Assembly (NCBI RefSeq): GCF_009914755.1
Contig: NC_060941.1
Length of the DNA: 64,000 bases
Direction: 5' to 3' (one strand)
From: the human T2T-CHM13v2.0 reference genome, Homo sapiens
Shown here in pieces: positions 1 through 16,721 of the stretch. Made by a program: the position numbers and the translations under genes. The notes beneath the pieces were generated by a model. It did not search any database. It had not been told where the DNA came from and saw nothing but the letters and a program-made list of their open reading frames with translations. Numbering within the stretch: position 1 is the stretch's first letter; the number at the start of each line of letters is the position of its first letter.

Positions 1-422
1 GGGCAATTGGAAAATTTCATTATGAATTTTCATGTGATAGAACACTACGTATTGGAGAATTAAGTAAAGTACCATGCAAAAACTGTGCCTGGGTCATTGA
101 GCTACTTAAATTCTCTTCCTCTAAATAACCAACTGGATCAGCTTTTATCGTTGAAAAATAACCAATTAGCATAGTAGAATTGTAGTTGATTTCCATTTCA
201 TATTTTTGGCATTTCCTACAATGAGCATGTTCTATTTAAGTATAATTCAGCATGTAATGTATGTTTAAAAATTAGTTAAACCTTTTGTAGTAATGGAGAA
301 CAACAAAGAGAGCATTGAGCTTTAGGCCACAATGTGTTCTTAGAAAGTTAGATGACTACCGCTGGGCACGGTGGCTCACGCCTGTAATCCCGGCACTTTA
401 GGAGGCCGAGGCGGGCAGATCA

Positions 423-734
<312 letters not shown>

Positions 735-1866
735 CTACTGCTTTTCTGAAGAAACTTGAGAGGTAAAGCAACTTGTCCCTTGCCAGTGAATGAATGATGC
801 AATGGGGAATTGAACCCAGATCTGCAAACCCAGCAGTCCTTGCTGCTTCCCTTATACTGAGTGCTGCTGGCCTCAAAGTGTTTCTTGTTCTGTGTTTCTA
901 CGTCCACGCTTACAGGGAAGCATGGGTGCAGAAATCACCAGGCCAGTCAGGGAGGCTGGGACGGGTGCTGACCCTAGCCCTGGAGCACTCTCCCTGGCTG
1001 CTCCCTGTAGTCTTGCTTCCTCTTGTGAAGTCTATGTGCCAGCCAAGACCCAGCCTGTGAGGCCTGACCTGATCTCTGCCCCCTGTCTGTTCCCCCAGCA
1101 AGACTCCCTGAGGAAAAGAATAGGGGATCACGTCTTAGCCATCAGAGCATCGAAGTGCCCAGGCCAAGGTTGGCCACATAGAGGGAGGGCAGGTGGCAAA
1201 TGTTTGCAGGATGAGTGAATAAAAGGAAAACTGATAGCAAAGAATGGAACTACCAGGCACGATTCCAGGGCTGGGACTAAATATTTACCTTGCCTACTGG
1301 GCAAAGATAAGCCTGGTTTTCCAGGCTCTATTTATGCCAGCTTTCCTTCAGGGGCTGACACAGTCAACCTGGTATCGTTAGTTTGAACAGCGGTTTCCAC
1401 ATGTGGAGTCTGGGTGTATGAGGTGCTTGATCCTCAGCTTCTGCCATTCCCTAGCTCCATGTGTCTTCCCCAGGGAATCCGCTTTCCAGTCCTCGAGCCC
1501 TAGGAGGCTTTGCACCTCCATTCTGCTGCCTGGTCTGTCCCCGGTCTCCATGAGGCTATTGAATTGGGGTTCATTCTACTCTAGATGAAGCTGTGTATCC
1601 TTGTTTAGCCCCTGGGGTCAAGCCACATCAGGAGCTGCTTGCAACATGACAGGACAGACTTGCCTGGGTCTACTGCCTCAGTGGCCTCCTGGGAGACACC
1701 TCTCTTAATGGAATAGGGTTGGGTATGACAAGCTGGGTCCAAGTGAAGCTTCAGAGATGTAGAGATGTAGGGGAGGAGGGACTCTTGAGTTCAGTGTGGC
1801 AGCCATCACTCAGCCTCTGGGACTCACACCAGGGGCATAAGGAGAATGGAAGCCACACGTGAAAAA

Positions 1867-2040
1867 GGGAAGGGTGATTTCTTTCTTTCTTTCTTTTTGG
1901 GGAGCGTGATTTCTTTTTTTTTTTTTTTTTGGTTGGGGGGAGGTGGGAAGGGTGATTTTTTTTTTGGTGGGGGAGGTGGGGAAGGGTGATTTCTTTTTTT
2001 TTTTTTTTTTTGGTAGGGGGAGGTGGGGAAGGTGTTTTTG
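1867..2040 (+). repeat. G/T-rich imperfect tandem repeat (about 5 units of GGGGGAGGTGGGGAAGGGTGATT(T)n)
   Basis: Directly visible repeated units with variable poly-T spacers. Confidence 0.85.
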
Positions 2041-2863
2041 TGGAAATACGAACAGCTCTGCTTCAGGAAGGCCTTTGTGGAGTGTGAAGGGAGCAGTGAA
2101 CAACTCTGGCCCCTGGTGTCCAGCCTGGGAGGCGATGCCTAGAGGCAGTGGTCATGTTGGGCGAGGGGTGCCCAGAAGATCAGGCGGTCCTGCTCAGAGG
2201 ACACCACGTGGTGGCTGAAAGGACTAGTTTAAGAGCACATTTGAGATACCCTCTGGAGGCTGCCATCAGTACTTAGAGGGAGAGTGGGTCTTTGCAGGGG
2301 GATAAGGGAGAACCAATGAAACCTGAATAATTACAGCAAGTGAACTTTCACTGAGCCTGAGGCTGCTGTGACCAGGAAAACACAGCCAGCATAGAAGCAG
2401 ATTCACAGCTGGGCGTGGTGGCTCGTGCCTGTAATCCCAGCAGTTTGGGAGGCCAAGGCGGGCAGATCACCTGAAGTCAGGAGTTTGAGGCCAGCCTGGC
2501 CAATGTGATGAAACCCCATCTCTACTAAGAATACAAAAATCAGCTGGGTGTGGTGGTGCATGCCTGTAATTCCAGCTACTTAGGAGGCTGAGGCAGGAGA
2601 ATCACTTGAGCCTGGGAGACGGAAATTGCAGTGAGTTGAGATCACATCACTGCACTCCAGCCTGAGCAACAGAGAGAAACTCCCTCTGTCTAAAAAAAAA
2701 AAAAAAAAAAAAAAAAAAGCAGCAGCAGCAGATTCACGGAGACACACTGCTTGGAATTTGGTGATGTTCAGGGAGTGGGGCTGGAGCTGGCCTATGCTCC
2801 AGACAGCCATAAACTATCAACATAAACACAAGTACACCTAAGCCTCTGCAGGCACGGTGCTGA

Positions 2864-3127
<264 letters not shown>

Positions 3128-4724
3128 TAGTAGAGACAGGGTTTCACCATGTTAGCCAGGATGGTCTCAATCTCCTGACCTCATGATCTGCCTGCCTCAG
3201 CCTCCCAAAATGCTGAGATTACAGGCATGAGCCACCATGCCCGGTCAATGCGGACATTTTTCAAGTCAGCTATGGAGTTTGAATTTTCCTCCAAATTTAC
3301 ACTGGCTATTTCCCCAGTTCAAATTAGGCCTGACTGGTTTCTCTTTCTTTTTTTCTGAATACATATCAGTTTTGGATTGAGGCCTAGCATTTCCACCACC
3401 ATCCAGAGGAGAGATGAGAAAACCAGAGCTGGGCTCACAATCCCAGGGGAAAAAACAATGGGCTGCTCTGGAATGCTGCAGAATCAGGGTTGAATGAATG
3501 CAGGAGAGGGGCAGGCAGCCAGCGGGCATGCCGGCCGCGTGACCAGCCTGCCATGGTATCCAGATGGACATGTGGTATTTGGTTTAAAGCCCACGCTACT
3601 GGGGCATAGTCAGCTGGGGATAAATGATCAGACTTAATTGTTCTCTCTTTTCCCAGGAAAGGCCAGGAAGGAAAAGGCCCCAGTTTAAGGGAGAAGGCAT
3701 TGTCCTCAGTGAGTCTTCACCCACTACTGACTGAAGCATAGTCAGGTAGCCCAGTCTGGCAAGGGGCCGGTGGGGAGCATGAGATTCTCATATTCTCATG
3801 GCTGCTGTGGCTGGTGGCCACCTTCACAACAATAGCTCACTGGACCCCTGTCCTTCCCATCCCGCCTCTGAAATGATCACATCTGTGTTAAATCTCTGAT
3901 AAGATACTATCAGGCACTCCAAAGTCCAGTTTGGAACTAGAGTCCTTGCTTGACTCAATCCAGAGTCCTTTCTCCTTCCCTGGTCCCATCTCCCCATTTA
4001 CTCCCCCCAAATTCTTCTCTCTGTCCAGCTGCTAAGGTCCCTGGGCCACCAGAGGCAAATAGAATAAACCTAGGACATCACTCTCGATCGAGAGGCCTGC
4101 ATGACTCTTTATTTGCACCAGAGTTTCTCATCTTCCAGGAACAAGAGGAGGAGCTGCTTTGAGACCCACTTCCTCTCCTTACATAACAACACACTGCATT
4201 TGCACAAGTGTCCTTGGTTGTAAAGGGTTCCACATTCATTTTCTCATTCAGGGCTTATTACAAGCCTCTAAGGTAGCTAGGGTCATGGTGACCCTGATCC
4301 TTTGTCAAAGATGAGCCCACTGAGGCTCAGGGTGGCTACCGTTGTGCCAGGAGTTGCTAATTGGTGGATCACAGACTCCAGTTCAGGGGGAGGCAGGGTG
4401 GTAAAGAAGCAGCTAGATGAACCTGGGTTTGAATCCAGCTCAGAAATGTTCCATCTGTGTGACAGCACAGGCAAGTGACTTAATCTGATTGAGCCTCAGC
4501 TTTCTCATCTAGAAAAAGGAGTGATCATGCATCCCTCATAGAGCTGTGGTGAGCATTTACAAACCATGAGTGAAACATGCATAGCACGGCATTTGGCAGA
4601 TAGAAGTCCAGTACATGTCTAAGGATTAGTACTGATTGATTTTTATAATAGTCACCTGGATGATCTCCAATATGTATATATCAATGTATTTTTAGATCAA
4701 AATGGAAATTCAAAAATTTAATAA

Positions 4725-5096
<372 letters not shown>

Positions 5097-5670
5097 TAGG
5101 AAGAGGGTTAAGTTCCAGTGTGACCTGTGCACACCTGAAGGCACAATCCACACCCACCCACCCTCCACCTCTCTGACCATAACTCTTTTGACTCCCACTT
5201 CTTGTCCTCTTTGGGTCTCCCTGAGACCCACTGGCTACCCACCCCTTCAATGTCACCAGGTCCACTCAGGGCCTCAGGGCCCTTGCATTTGCTGTTTCTT
5301 TTTCATAAAAGACCCTTTCCTCAGGTATCTGCACATCTCTCTCATTTCCTTCAGGTCTTTATTCAAATTCCATCTTTAGTGAGTCCTTCTCAGGCCATCC
5401 TTCCTAAAATTTCAACCTTTTCTGCAAGTCATTCCCAAATCCCAACTCTGAACATTATCCTTCCTCCTGTCAGTTTTTCTAAGTACTTTTCTTTCTTTCT
5501 TTCTTTCTTTTTTTTTTTTTTTTGATGGAGTCTTACTCTGTTGCCCAGGCTGGAGTCCAGTGGTGCAATCTCAGCTCACTGTAACCTCTGCCTCCTGGGT
5601 TCAAGCAATTCTCCTGCATCAGCCTCCTAAGTAGCTGGGATTATAGGTGCCCACTATGATGCCCAGCTAA

Positions 5671-5865
<195 letters not shown>

Positions 5866-6155
5866 TAGTGCTGTCCATTGTCTTATGCAAATAAATTTTC
5901 TTTATAAAATCCTAGAAAGCAATTATTATTCTTAATAAACCATACTAATGTGTCCTTAACTGTTAAAAATTAATACTTCATATATCATTTTCACTTATCA
6001 GATATATAACAGATTTTTTTTCCAAATCAGTACTCTGTCACAGATTCAGTAATAGGCAAAGGAAACTAAGTTGGATTAATCTTGAAAGAAGTCATTCTAA
6101 AAATCAATGTGGTGCTCAACACATCAAATCAAAATAAGTCTGTAAGAATTCTTAC

Positions 6156-6307
6156 TTGTGAATTGCTTGTGGTTCCTCCAGAGCCTGAGGTATTGGGCCT
6201 GCCTGTGACTGTTGCTGTCCTGGGCTGGAATGAAGTAAAGGTTTGCTGACTGGTGCCTATACTTGGTGGAATGATACCCAGGACTTTCTGATGTACTTGA
6301 ACAATGC
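6156..6307 (-). pseudogene. BPTF: BPTF-derived exon D (152 nt)
   Basis: Acceptor tttttttAAG, donor GTAAGA; translated by hand as IVQVHQKVLGIIPPSIGTSQQTFTSFQPRTATVTGRPNTSGSGGTTSNSQ with no stop. Confidence 0.9.
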
Positions 6308-6524
6308 CTTAAAAAAAGATGAAGCCATAATTAAAAACTGTCACTTTATTGGAAAGCATTACGTGGTGCTCCATTGCTGAGAAGAAACTACGTGTGGCAG
6401 GGTTTTATAGTGGGCTACACAGAATGTGAGATCCGAGGTCTGAAATCAGTGAAACGGAGATGAGAAATAATGCCAACAGTATGATCTGGCAAATGTGAAT
6501 TAAAACTCTTCACATTTCCCTTAC

Positions 6525-6686
6525 CTCCTTGTGTTGCTGGCACATTTACAGTGACAGTCTTGCTGTTTGCAGGAAGTGGCAGTTTGGTAATTACTTTTCC
6601 TGCCATAGTGACTGGATTGCCTGTAATTTGGAACGTCTGACCTGTGCTGGCAATGGTTGTAGCAGATGCCGCAGCTGTGCTGGTGG
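6525..6686 (-). pseudogene. BPTF: BPTF-derived exon C (162 nt, symmetric phase 1-1 cassette-type exon)
   Basis: Acceptor ccccatTAG, donor GTAAGG; open frame (ORF track 6415..6705). Confidence 0.85.
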
Positions 6687-7039
6687 CTAATGGGGTATAA
6701 GACATTTAATAAGCTTCAGATTTAAAATAACCAGCAACGTAGTGACTTCTAGGAAAGGGCACCAATGCATGAAATGTGGCTCATTTTGTATTTTTAATAA
6801 AAACATTCCTCTCCACTCAAAGTGAACTACGTAAATGTTGAAAGTGAAATCATGTAAGAGACGAGTTTGCTAATGTAATATTATGAACATTATCTGTAAC
6901 AAACCATTATAGCTTGTTTGCTCAATCAGCTGCAAAAGAAAAACAATCTTCTACAAAAAAGTTTCATTTCAGTAGCTAAAGGGTTGAAAATTCTTTTTCC
7001 TGAACAAAAGTAATCTTTTACTTAATCATAGTTGTATAC

Positions 7040-7286
7040 CTGAATCTGACTGGCCTTGCTTAACACACATAGCAAAGGTTTGATGAAAGTTCTCATTTTG
7101 TTGGAATGCTACTGTAGCTGGAGATCCAACTTTAGTAGTTAGTACCATTTTGGTTCCAGTTGTAACTGAGCCACTTATGGGGGCCACCATAACCTTCTGT
7201 GCTGGAGAGATGGTACTGGTTGCACTGTTGGTTGAGGAAGTGGTGGAAGTTGCAATCACTGTCAGCTTCTGCTGCTTTAATCATTT
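7040..7286 (-). pseudogene. BPTF: BPTF-derived exon B (247 nt) with TGA at its second codon (7283-7281, probable CGA>TGA)
   Basis: Acceptor ctttttTAG, donor GTATAC; ORF track 7026..7259 covers the rest of the exon. Confidence 0.9.
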
Positions 7287-7625
7287 CTAAAAAAGCGAGG
7301 GAGAGGAAACATGAATCAAAATAGTTCAAAATAAAAACAATACCATTCTACAAGAAGTCTGTCCACAATTTCTCTCACCTTAAGAAACTACACTATATTT
7401 CTGAAATATTTTACTTCCAAAAAGAATATATGCCCGTATAAATGTACCTGAGTTTATGGCTGGCCTCAGTGGCTCACGCCTGTAATCCTAGTACTCTGGG
7501 AGGCTGAGATGGGCAGATCACCTGAGGTCAGGAGTTTGAGACCAGCCTGGCCAACATGGTGAAACCCTGTCTCTACTAAAAATAAAAAAATTAGCCGAGC
7601 ATTGTGGCTCATAACTGTAATCCTA

Positions 7626-7763
<138 letters not shown>

Positions 7764-9107
7764 TTAATTTCTTGATAAAGGCCATATATATATTTTTAAT
7801 TCCTCCAAGGTACCTATCTATGAAGGCAGTATTTTTATGTCTCTGTATCACATATATTACATTAAAAATACTAAGTTGTTCATAGCAGAAAATTTAAAAT
7901 GATCAAGTTTTTCTGGCTTGTACAAATATTCAAGGTTTCAGACTGAAAGCAACAGAGATGTGGGTAATCTACTGGAGACAGGAACACCATGCTGCCCAGC
8001 AGTGAGATTCAGAGCTGAGAACAAATGGAGCTGCGAAAGGTTTCTGTTTCACTGTAATGCTAATTTTTCCAACTATAGAAAGCATGTCAATAGTTAATGA
8101 CACTATTATTAAAGTTGGCAAACCTGCAATCAAGAAAGCTGAAAATTATAAAATAGTTTTCCTAGACTTCTTATATTATTCCTTCAAATATTTTTACAGA
8201 AAAAATAATTTATACTATACAGAGTAGTATAATATGATCTTTAAAACTACAGTTATTAAAGACACTCTGTATATCCTTTATTATAGATTGCTAAACTTTT
8301 CTAACAGCTTATCAACAGTGGTGTGATGAGTAACAGTATAACCTTACACATGTAAAAACAACAGGTGAAATTTACAGCAAACCTGGTGGCAGATGCTTTA
8401 CCTTCAGTATCTTATAAGCTGAGGAAATGGAGATTCAGAAAGGTTGTGTAACCGGCCCAAGGCCACAGAGCTAGTTAAGGGTGATGCTGGGATGCCTGCT
8501 AAAATCAAATTCCAATTCTGCGCTATCTCCTGCCTTTGCAAAGTGCTCACCTATGACATCACATCGAATTTTTTTAGGACTACTTTTGTACCTATCTTAT
8601 ATACCTGAATATAATATAAAGTACATTACACAATTCCTCATTCTTCAGAAGAAAAAGAGTTTAGTTTTCAACACTTAGAGATCTCACCTGATTAAATCAG
8701 TTAAAAAAAAAAGAAAAAAGAAAAGAAAGAGGGAGGCAAAGGTGTGTGTGGTAGTGCATCTATAGCTCCAGCTACTCAAGAGGCTGAGACCAGAAGATCA
8801 CCTTAAGCCTGGGAATTCAAAGTTGCAATGAGCTATGAGTGCACCACTATACTCCAGCCTCAGCAATAGAGCAAGACCCTGTCTCAAAAAAAAAAAAAAA
8901 AAAAAAAAAAAGGAGGCAAAGAAATAGAACAGATATTTAGTAGTTATTTACTGGAGGATATGCCTTCAAAGTTGAAGTGTTAGCTATCTTCGTAAAAAAG
9001 AATTTTAAATAAATTTTTAAAAGTAATATATTAGGGCCGAATGCAGTGGTGCTTGCCTGTAAACCCAGCACTTTGGGAGGCCTAGGTGGGCAGATCACTT
9101 GAGCTCA

Positions 9108-9395
<288 letters not shown>

Positions 9396-9556
9396 TTATA
9401 GATATTTGGGTTTAGTAATGAATTTCCTGTGACAGATAGCATCATACGTAGAATCCAAACGTGCTATCATCTCAAACTTTGATGTAAGTGAAGGACCTAT
9501 GGTAAACTGAAAGATACATAACAATTTGAAAAAATGTTTTATAAAATGCGAGGGAA

Positions 9557-9860
9557 GGCCGGGCGCGGTGGCTCACGCCTGTAATCCCAGCACTTTGGGA
9601 GGCCGAGGCGGGTGGATCACGAGGTCAGGAGATCGAGACCATCCTGGCTAACACGGTGAAACCCCGTCTCTACTAAAAATACAAAAAATTAGCCGGGCGA
9701 GGTGGCGGGCGCCTGTAGTCCCAGCTACTCGGGAGGCTGAGGCAGGAGAATGGCGTGAACCCCAGGGGGCGGAGCCTGCAGTGAGCCGAGATTGCGCCAC
9801 TGCACTCCAGCCTGGGCGACAGCGAGACTCCGTCTCAAAAAAAAAAAAAAAAAAAAAAAA
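9557..9860 (+). mobile_element. Young AluY, AluYe5-like, full length
   Basis: CpGs almost intact. Ye-type features GGGCGAGGTGG, GGGGGCGGAGCCTGC and GACAGCGAGAC (AG deletion). Pure A tail. TSD AAAATGCGAGGGAA at 9543-9556 and 9861-9874. Confidence 0.85.
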
Positions 9861-10011
9861 AAAATGCGAGGGAAAAGTAGTTTGAAACAAATAATTTGGT
9901 TTATATGTGATTTTTAGATAGTTATGTATAACTATGTTAATAATATTGTATATAGTATATCTATTCATCTGTATCTTCAATGTTTATATACTGAAGTTGG
10001 TAAAAACTTTT

Positions 10012-13125
<3,114 letters not shown>

Positions 13126-13903
13126 TAGCTTTATAATAATCAATTACAACAAACTCTTACGGAGTTTTAGCGTAATTTGCTTTTCTATATACTGCAGAAA
13201 TTTTCCAAACTGGAAATTCACAAGAAAAAATTATTTTCAGAAATTACTCATGAAACTCTAAAGATAAATAATAGAAATCTTATTTCAGATGTCCTCCAAA
13301 TATGTATACTTTTTACAAAACCACAGCTTGGTGTATCCACAGAGCTGTTTTCAAATAATGACAATACGATATATGTGAGATAAACTTAAAAAAAAACCAA
13401 CCTGGCTGGGTACAATGGCTCACACCTAAAATCCCAGCACTTTGGGAGGCTGAGGCAGGTGGATTGCTTGAGTCCCGGAGTTTGAGACTGGCCTGGGGAA
13501 CATGGTGAAACCCTATATCTATAAAAATTACAAACATTAGCTGGGCATGGTGGTGTGTGCCTGCAGTCCCAGCTACTAGGGAGGCTGAGGTGGGAGGATC
13601 GCTTGAACCAGGGAGTCGAGGTTGTGATCTGCTCTAGCCTGGGGGATAGTGCGACACTGTCTCAAAAAATAAACCACAAAACCCACAAGAATATATCATT
13701 GTGCATGGGTGTGCATGAATTTGGCTAAAAAATGTAGGTATGTATGTTGTCAAGTAAAAAATGTATGTATGCTATCAAGTAAAAAATGTATGTAAAAGTG
13801 GGACCAGTACCAACTCCCCCCGCTGATGGGAAGTCAAGTGCTGCTGTTTTGAAAGAGCCTCCATTTGGGCCTTGACATCCTCTGCCTTCTTCTGTTCACT
13901 AAC

Positions 13904-13946
13904 CTTGGCCTGTTGCTCAACTGCTTGTGCCTTTTCTTTCTCCACT
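13904..13946 (-). pseudogene. BPTF: BPTF-derived exon A (43 nt, VEKEKAQAVEQQAK)
   Basis: Acceptor ttttttcctgcAG before 13946; donor GTTAGT after 13904. Confidence 0.88.
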
Positions 13947-14317
13947 CTGCAGGAAAAAAAGGAGAAACTTATCAGAAACTACCCTATTAGGCATCTGGCA
14001 TCTAATATAAGTGAAGTCTGGTTGACTTTCACATCATACGAAGGGATGATATTATTTCAATATTAAAATAAAACATTTGGCCATGCAAGGTGGCTCATGC
14101 CTGTATCCCAGCACTGTGGGAGGCCAAGGCAGGCAGATCACTTGAGACCAAGAGTTCAAGACCAGCCTGGCCAGCATGGTGAAATCCTGTCTCTACTAAA
14201 AATACAAAAGTTAGCTGGGGCTGGGCATGGTGGCTCAGGCCAGTAATCCCAGTGGAGTTTGCAGTGAGCCAAGATTGGGCCGCTGCCCTCCAGCCTGGGT
14301 GACAGAGTGAGACTCTA

Positions 14318-14491
<174 letters not shown>

Positions 14492-14947
14492 CTAAAATAA
14501 AATAAAATAAAACATTTATGGTAATTAGAAATCGACAAATGGGTAACACATTAAAAATAAGAGAGAGGACCTTACTAAACTATTTACAGCTAGCACTTAA
14601 AATCAAAAGTGGAGTAAAGTCAAGCTAGGATACACCCCTCATCTGACTAACGTCAATTCATCCTCCAGACCCCAACACGAATACAACTTCCTCACACTTG
14701 GATGTACAATATGTGTTTCCCTATCACCACATAGAGAAGGGGGATTTGAGAGTTACCAACATAAAGGGGAGATCTGAAACCTAAGAATAGATAAAATCTC
14801 CTAACAAGATTTAAAAAATAAAAAGTAGGGAGGGACAAGCATTGAAACTTCCCACATACAATCACAAGGAAGCAGCAGAAGGAAATGGAAATGGTAATAG
14901 GACCTGGACTGTACAAAGCCACGCAAGCCAAAGAAAAGTGATTTTAG

Positions 14948-15404
<457 letters not shown>

Positions 15405-16048
15405 TAGAAGTGTGGAATTTTATGTGAAATCTCCCAATTTTCAGAAGTTGGCTTACATTTTTAAAACAGTTTATAGGACAAACAAAACAAGTTTGCAGAC
15501 TGGAATTGGCGGCAGGCCACCAAGCTGCAGGTTCTGACAGCTCCACTGTCACTGGGAGGCATCTGGAGCTGATTCCAAGCTGCTACGCCCAGCATCAGGA
15601 AGCGTCAACTGCATGTTCACCCTCCAGCTTTCGGCTGCCACACGCTGTGTGCTCTAGTTACATGCTCTGACCCGCCACAGACCACGGTGGCCCTCCCCAA
15701 GGCCCGGAGTCCATGATGGCAGCCTGACATGGTGTCAGTGAGCTTCAGTAGAAAATGGGTCTCCCCCAACAGTGCAGCAAAAAGCAACAAGAGTTGGGGT
15801 GGGGACGTGGGGAACAACATGCTCACATGCAGGGCTCTGAGCTCTGTCCGCTCTGCCTAATTGTTCTTCTCTTGGTCATTGGACAACCCCAGCCCCTGCA
15901 GTTCCTGCTCTCCTCAACAGGGCTGCCCAGTGAGAAATGGACCCTGTCTGCTAGAACACTTTACCTTCACAGATGCAGGATTAAATACCCTGGCATCACA
16001 CAGTGAGGACGTTATTTTCAAGTGTCTTCAACCCTTCTGATGACCTCA

Positions 16049-16198
<150 letters not shown>

Positions 16199-16561
16199 TC
16201 AATTATTTTTAAAAAGAGAAAGGCTCAGGTTGGTGCCAGTACCTCCTCTCCGCCAGTGTTGATTGCATTTTTTTTTTTTTTGAGACGGACTCACATTGTC
16301 ACTCTGGCTGGAGTGCAAAGGCTCACTGCAACCTCCGCCTCCCGGGTTCAAGCGATTCTCCTACCTCAGCCTCCTGAGTAGATGGGATTACAGGTGCCTG
16401 CCACCATGCCTGGCTAATTTTTGTATTTTCAGTAGAGACGGGGTTTCACTATGTTGGCCAGGCTGGTCTTGAACTCTCGACCTCATGATCCGCCCGCCTC
16501 GGCCTCCCAAAGTGCTGGGATTACAGGTGTGAGCCACTGCGTCTGGCTGCATTTTTTTTTA

Positions 16562-16721
16562 AAGAGATGCAGGTCTGTTTCTGTCACCCAGACTGGACTG
16601 CAGTGGCTATTCACAGACACAATCATAGCATGCTACTGTGTGGAACTCCTGAGCTCAAGCAATCCTCCTGCCTCAGCCTCCCAAGCAGCTGGGACTACAA
16701 GTGCACACCACCATGCCTGGG
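16562..16721 (-). mobile_element. FAM (7SL-derived fossil Alu monomer)
   Basis: Contains the 7SL-type GCAGTGGCTATTCACAG segment, which dimeric Alus lack. Confidence 0.7.

Noticed and set aside
13740-13793. 25-bp tandem duplication (similar 23-bp one at 54676-54721 and an Alu-end duplication near 58204-58264)
   Set aside because: Ordinary slippage duplications with no motif or structural interest.
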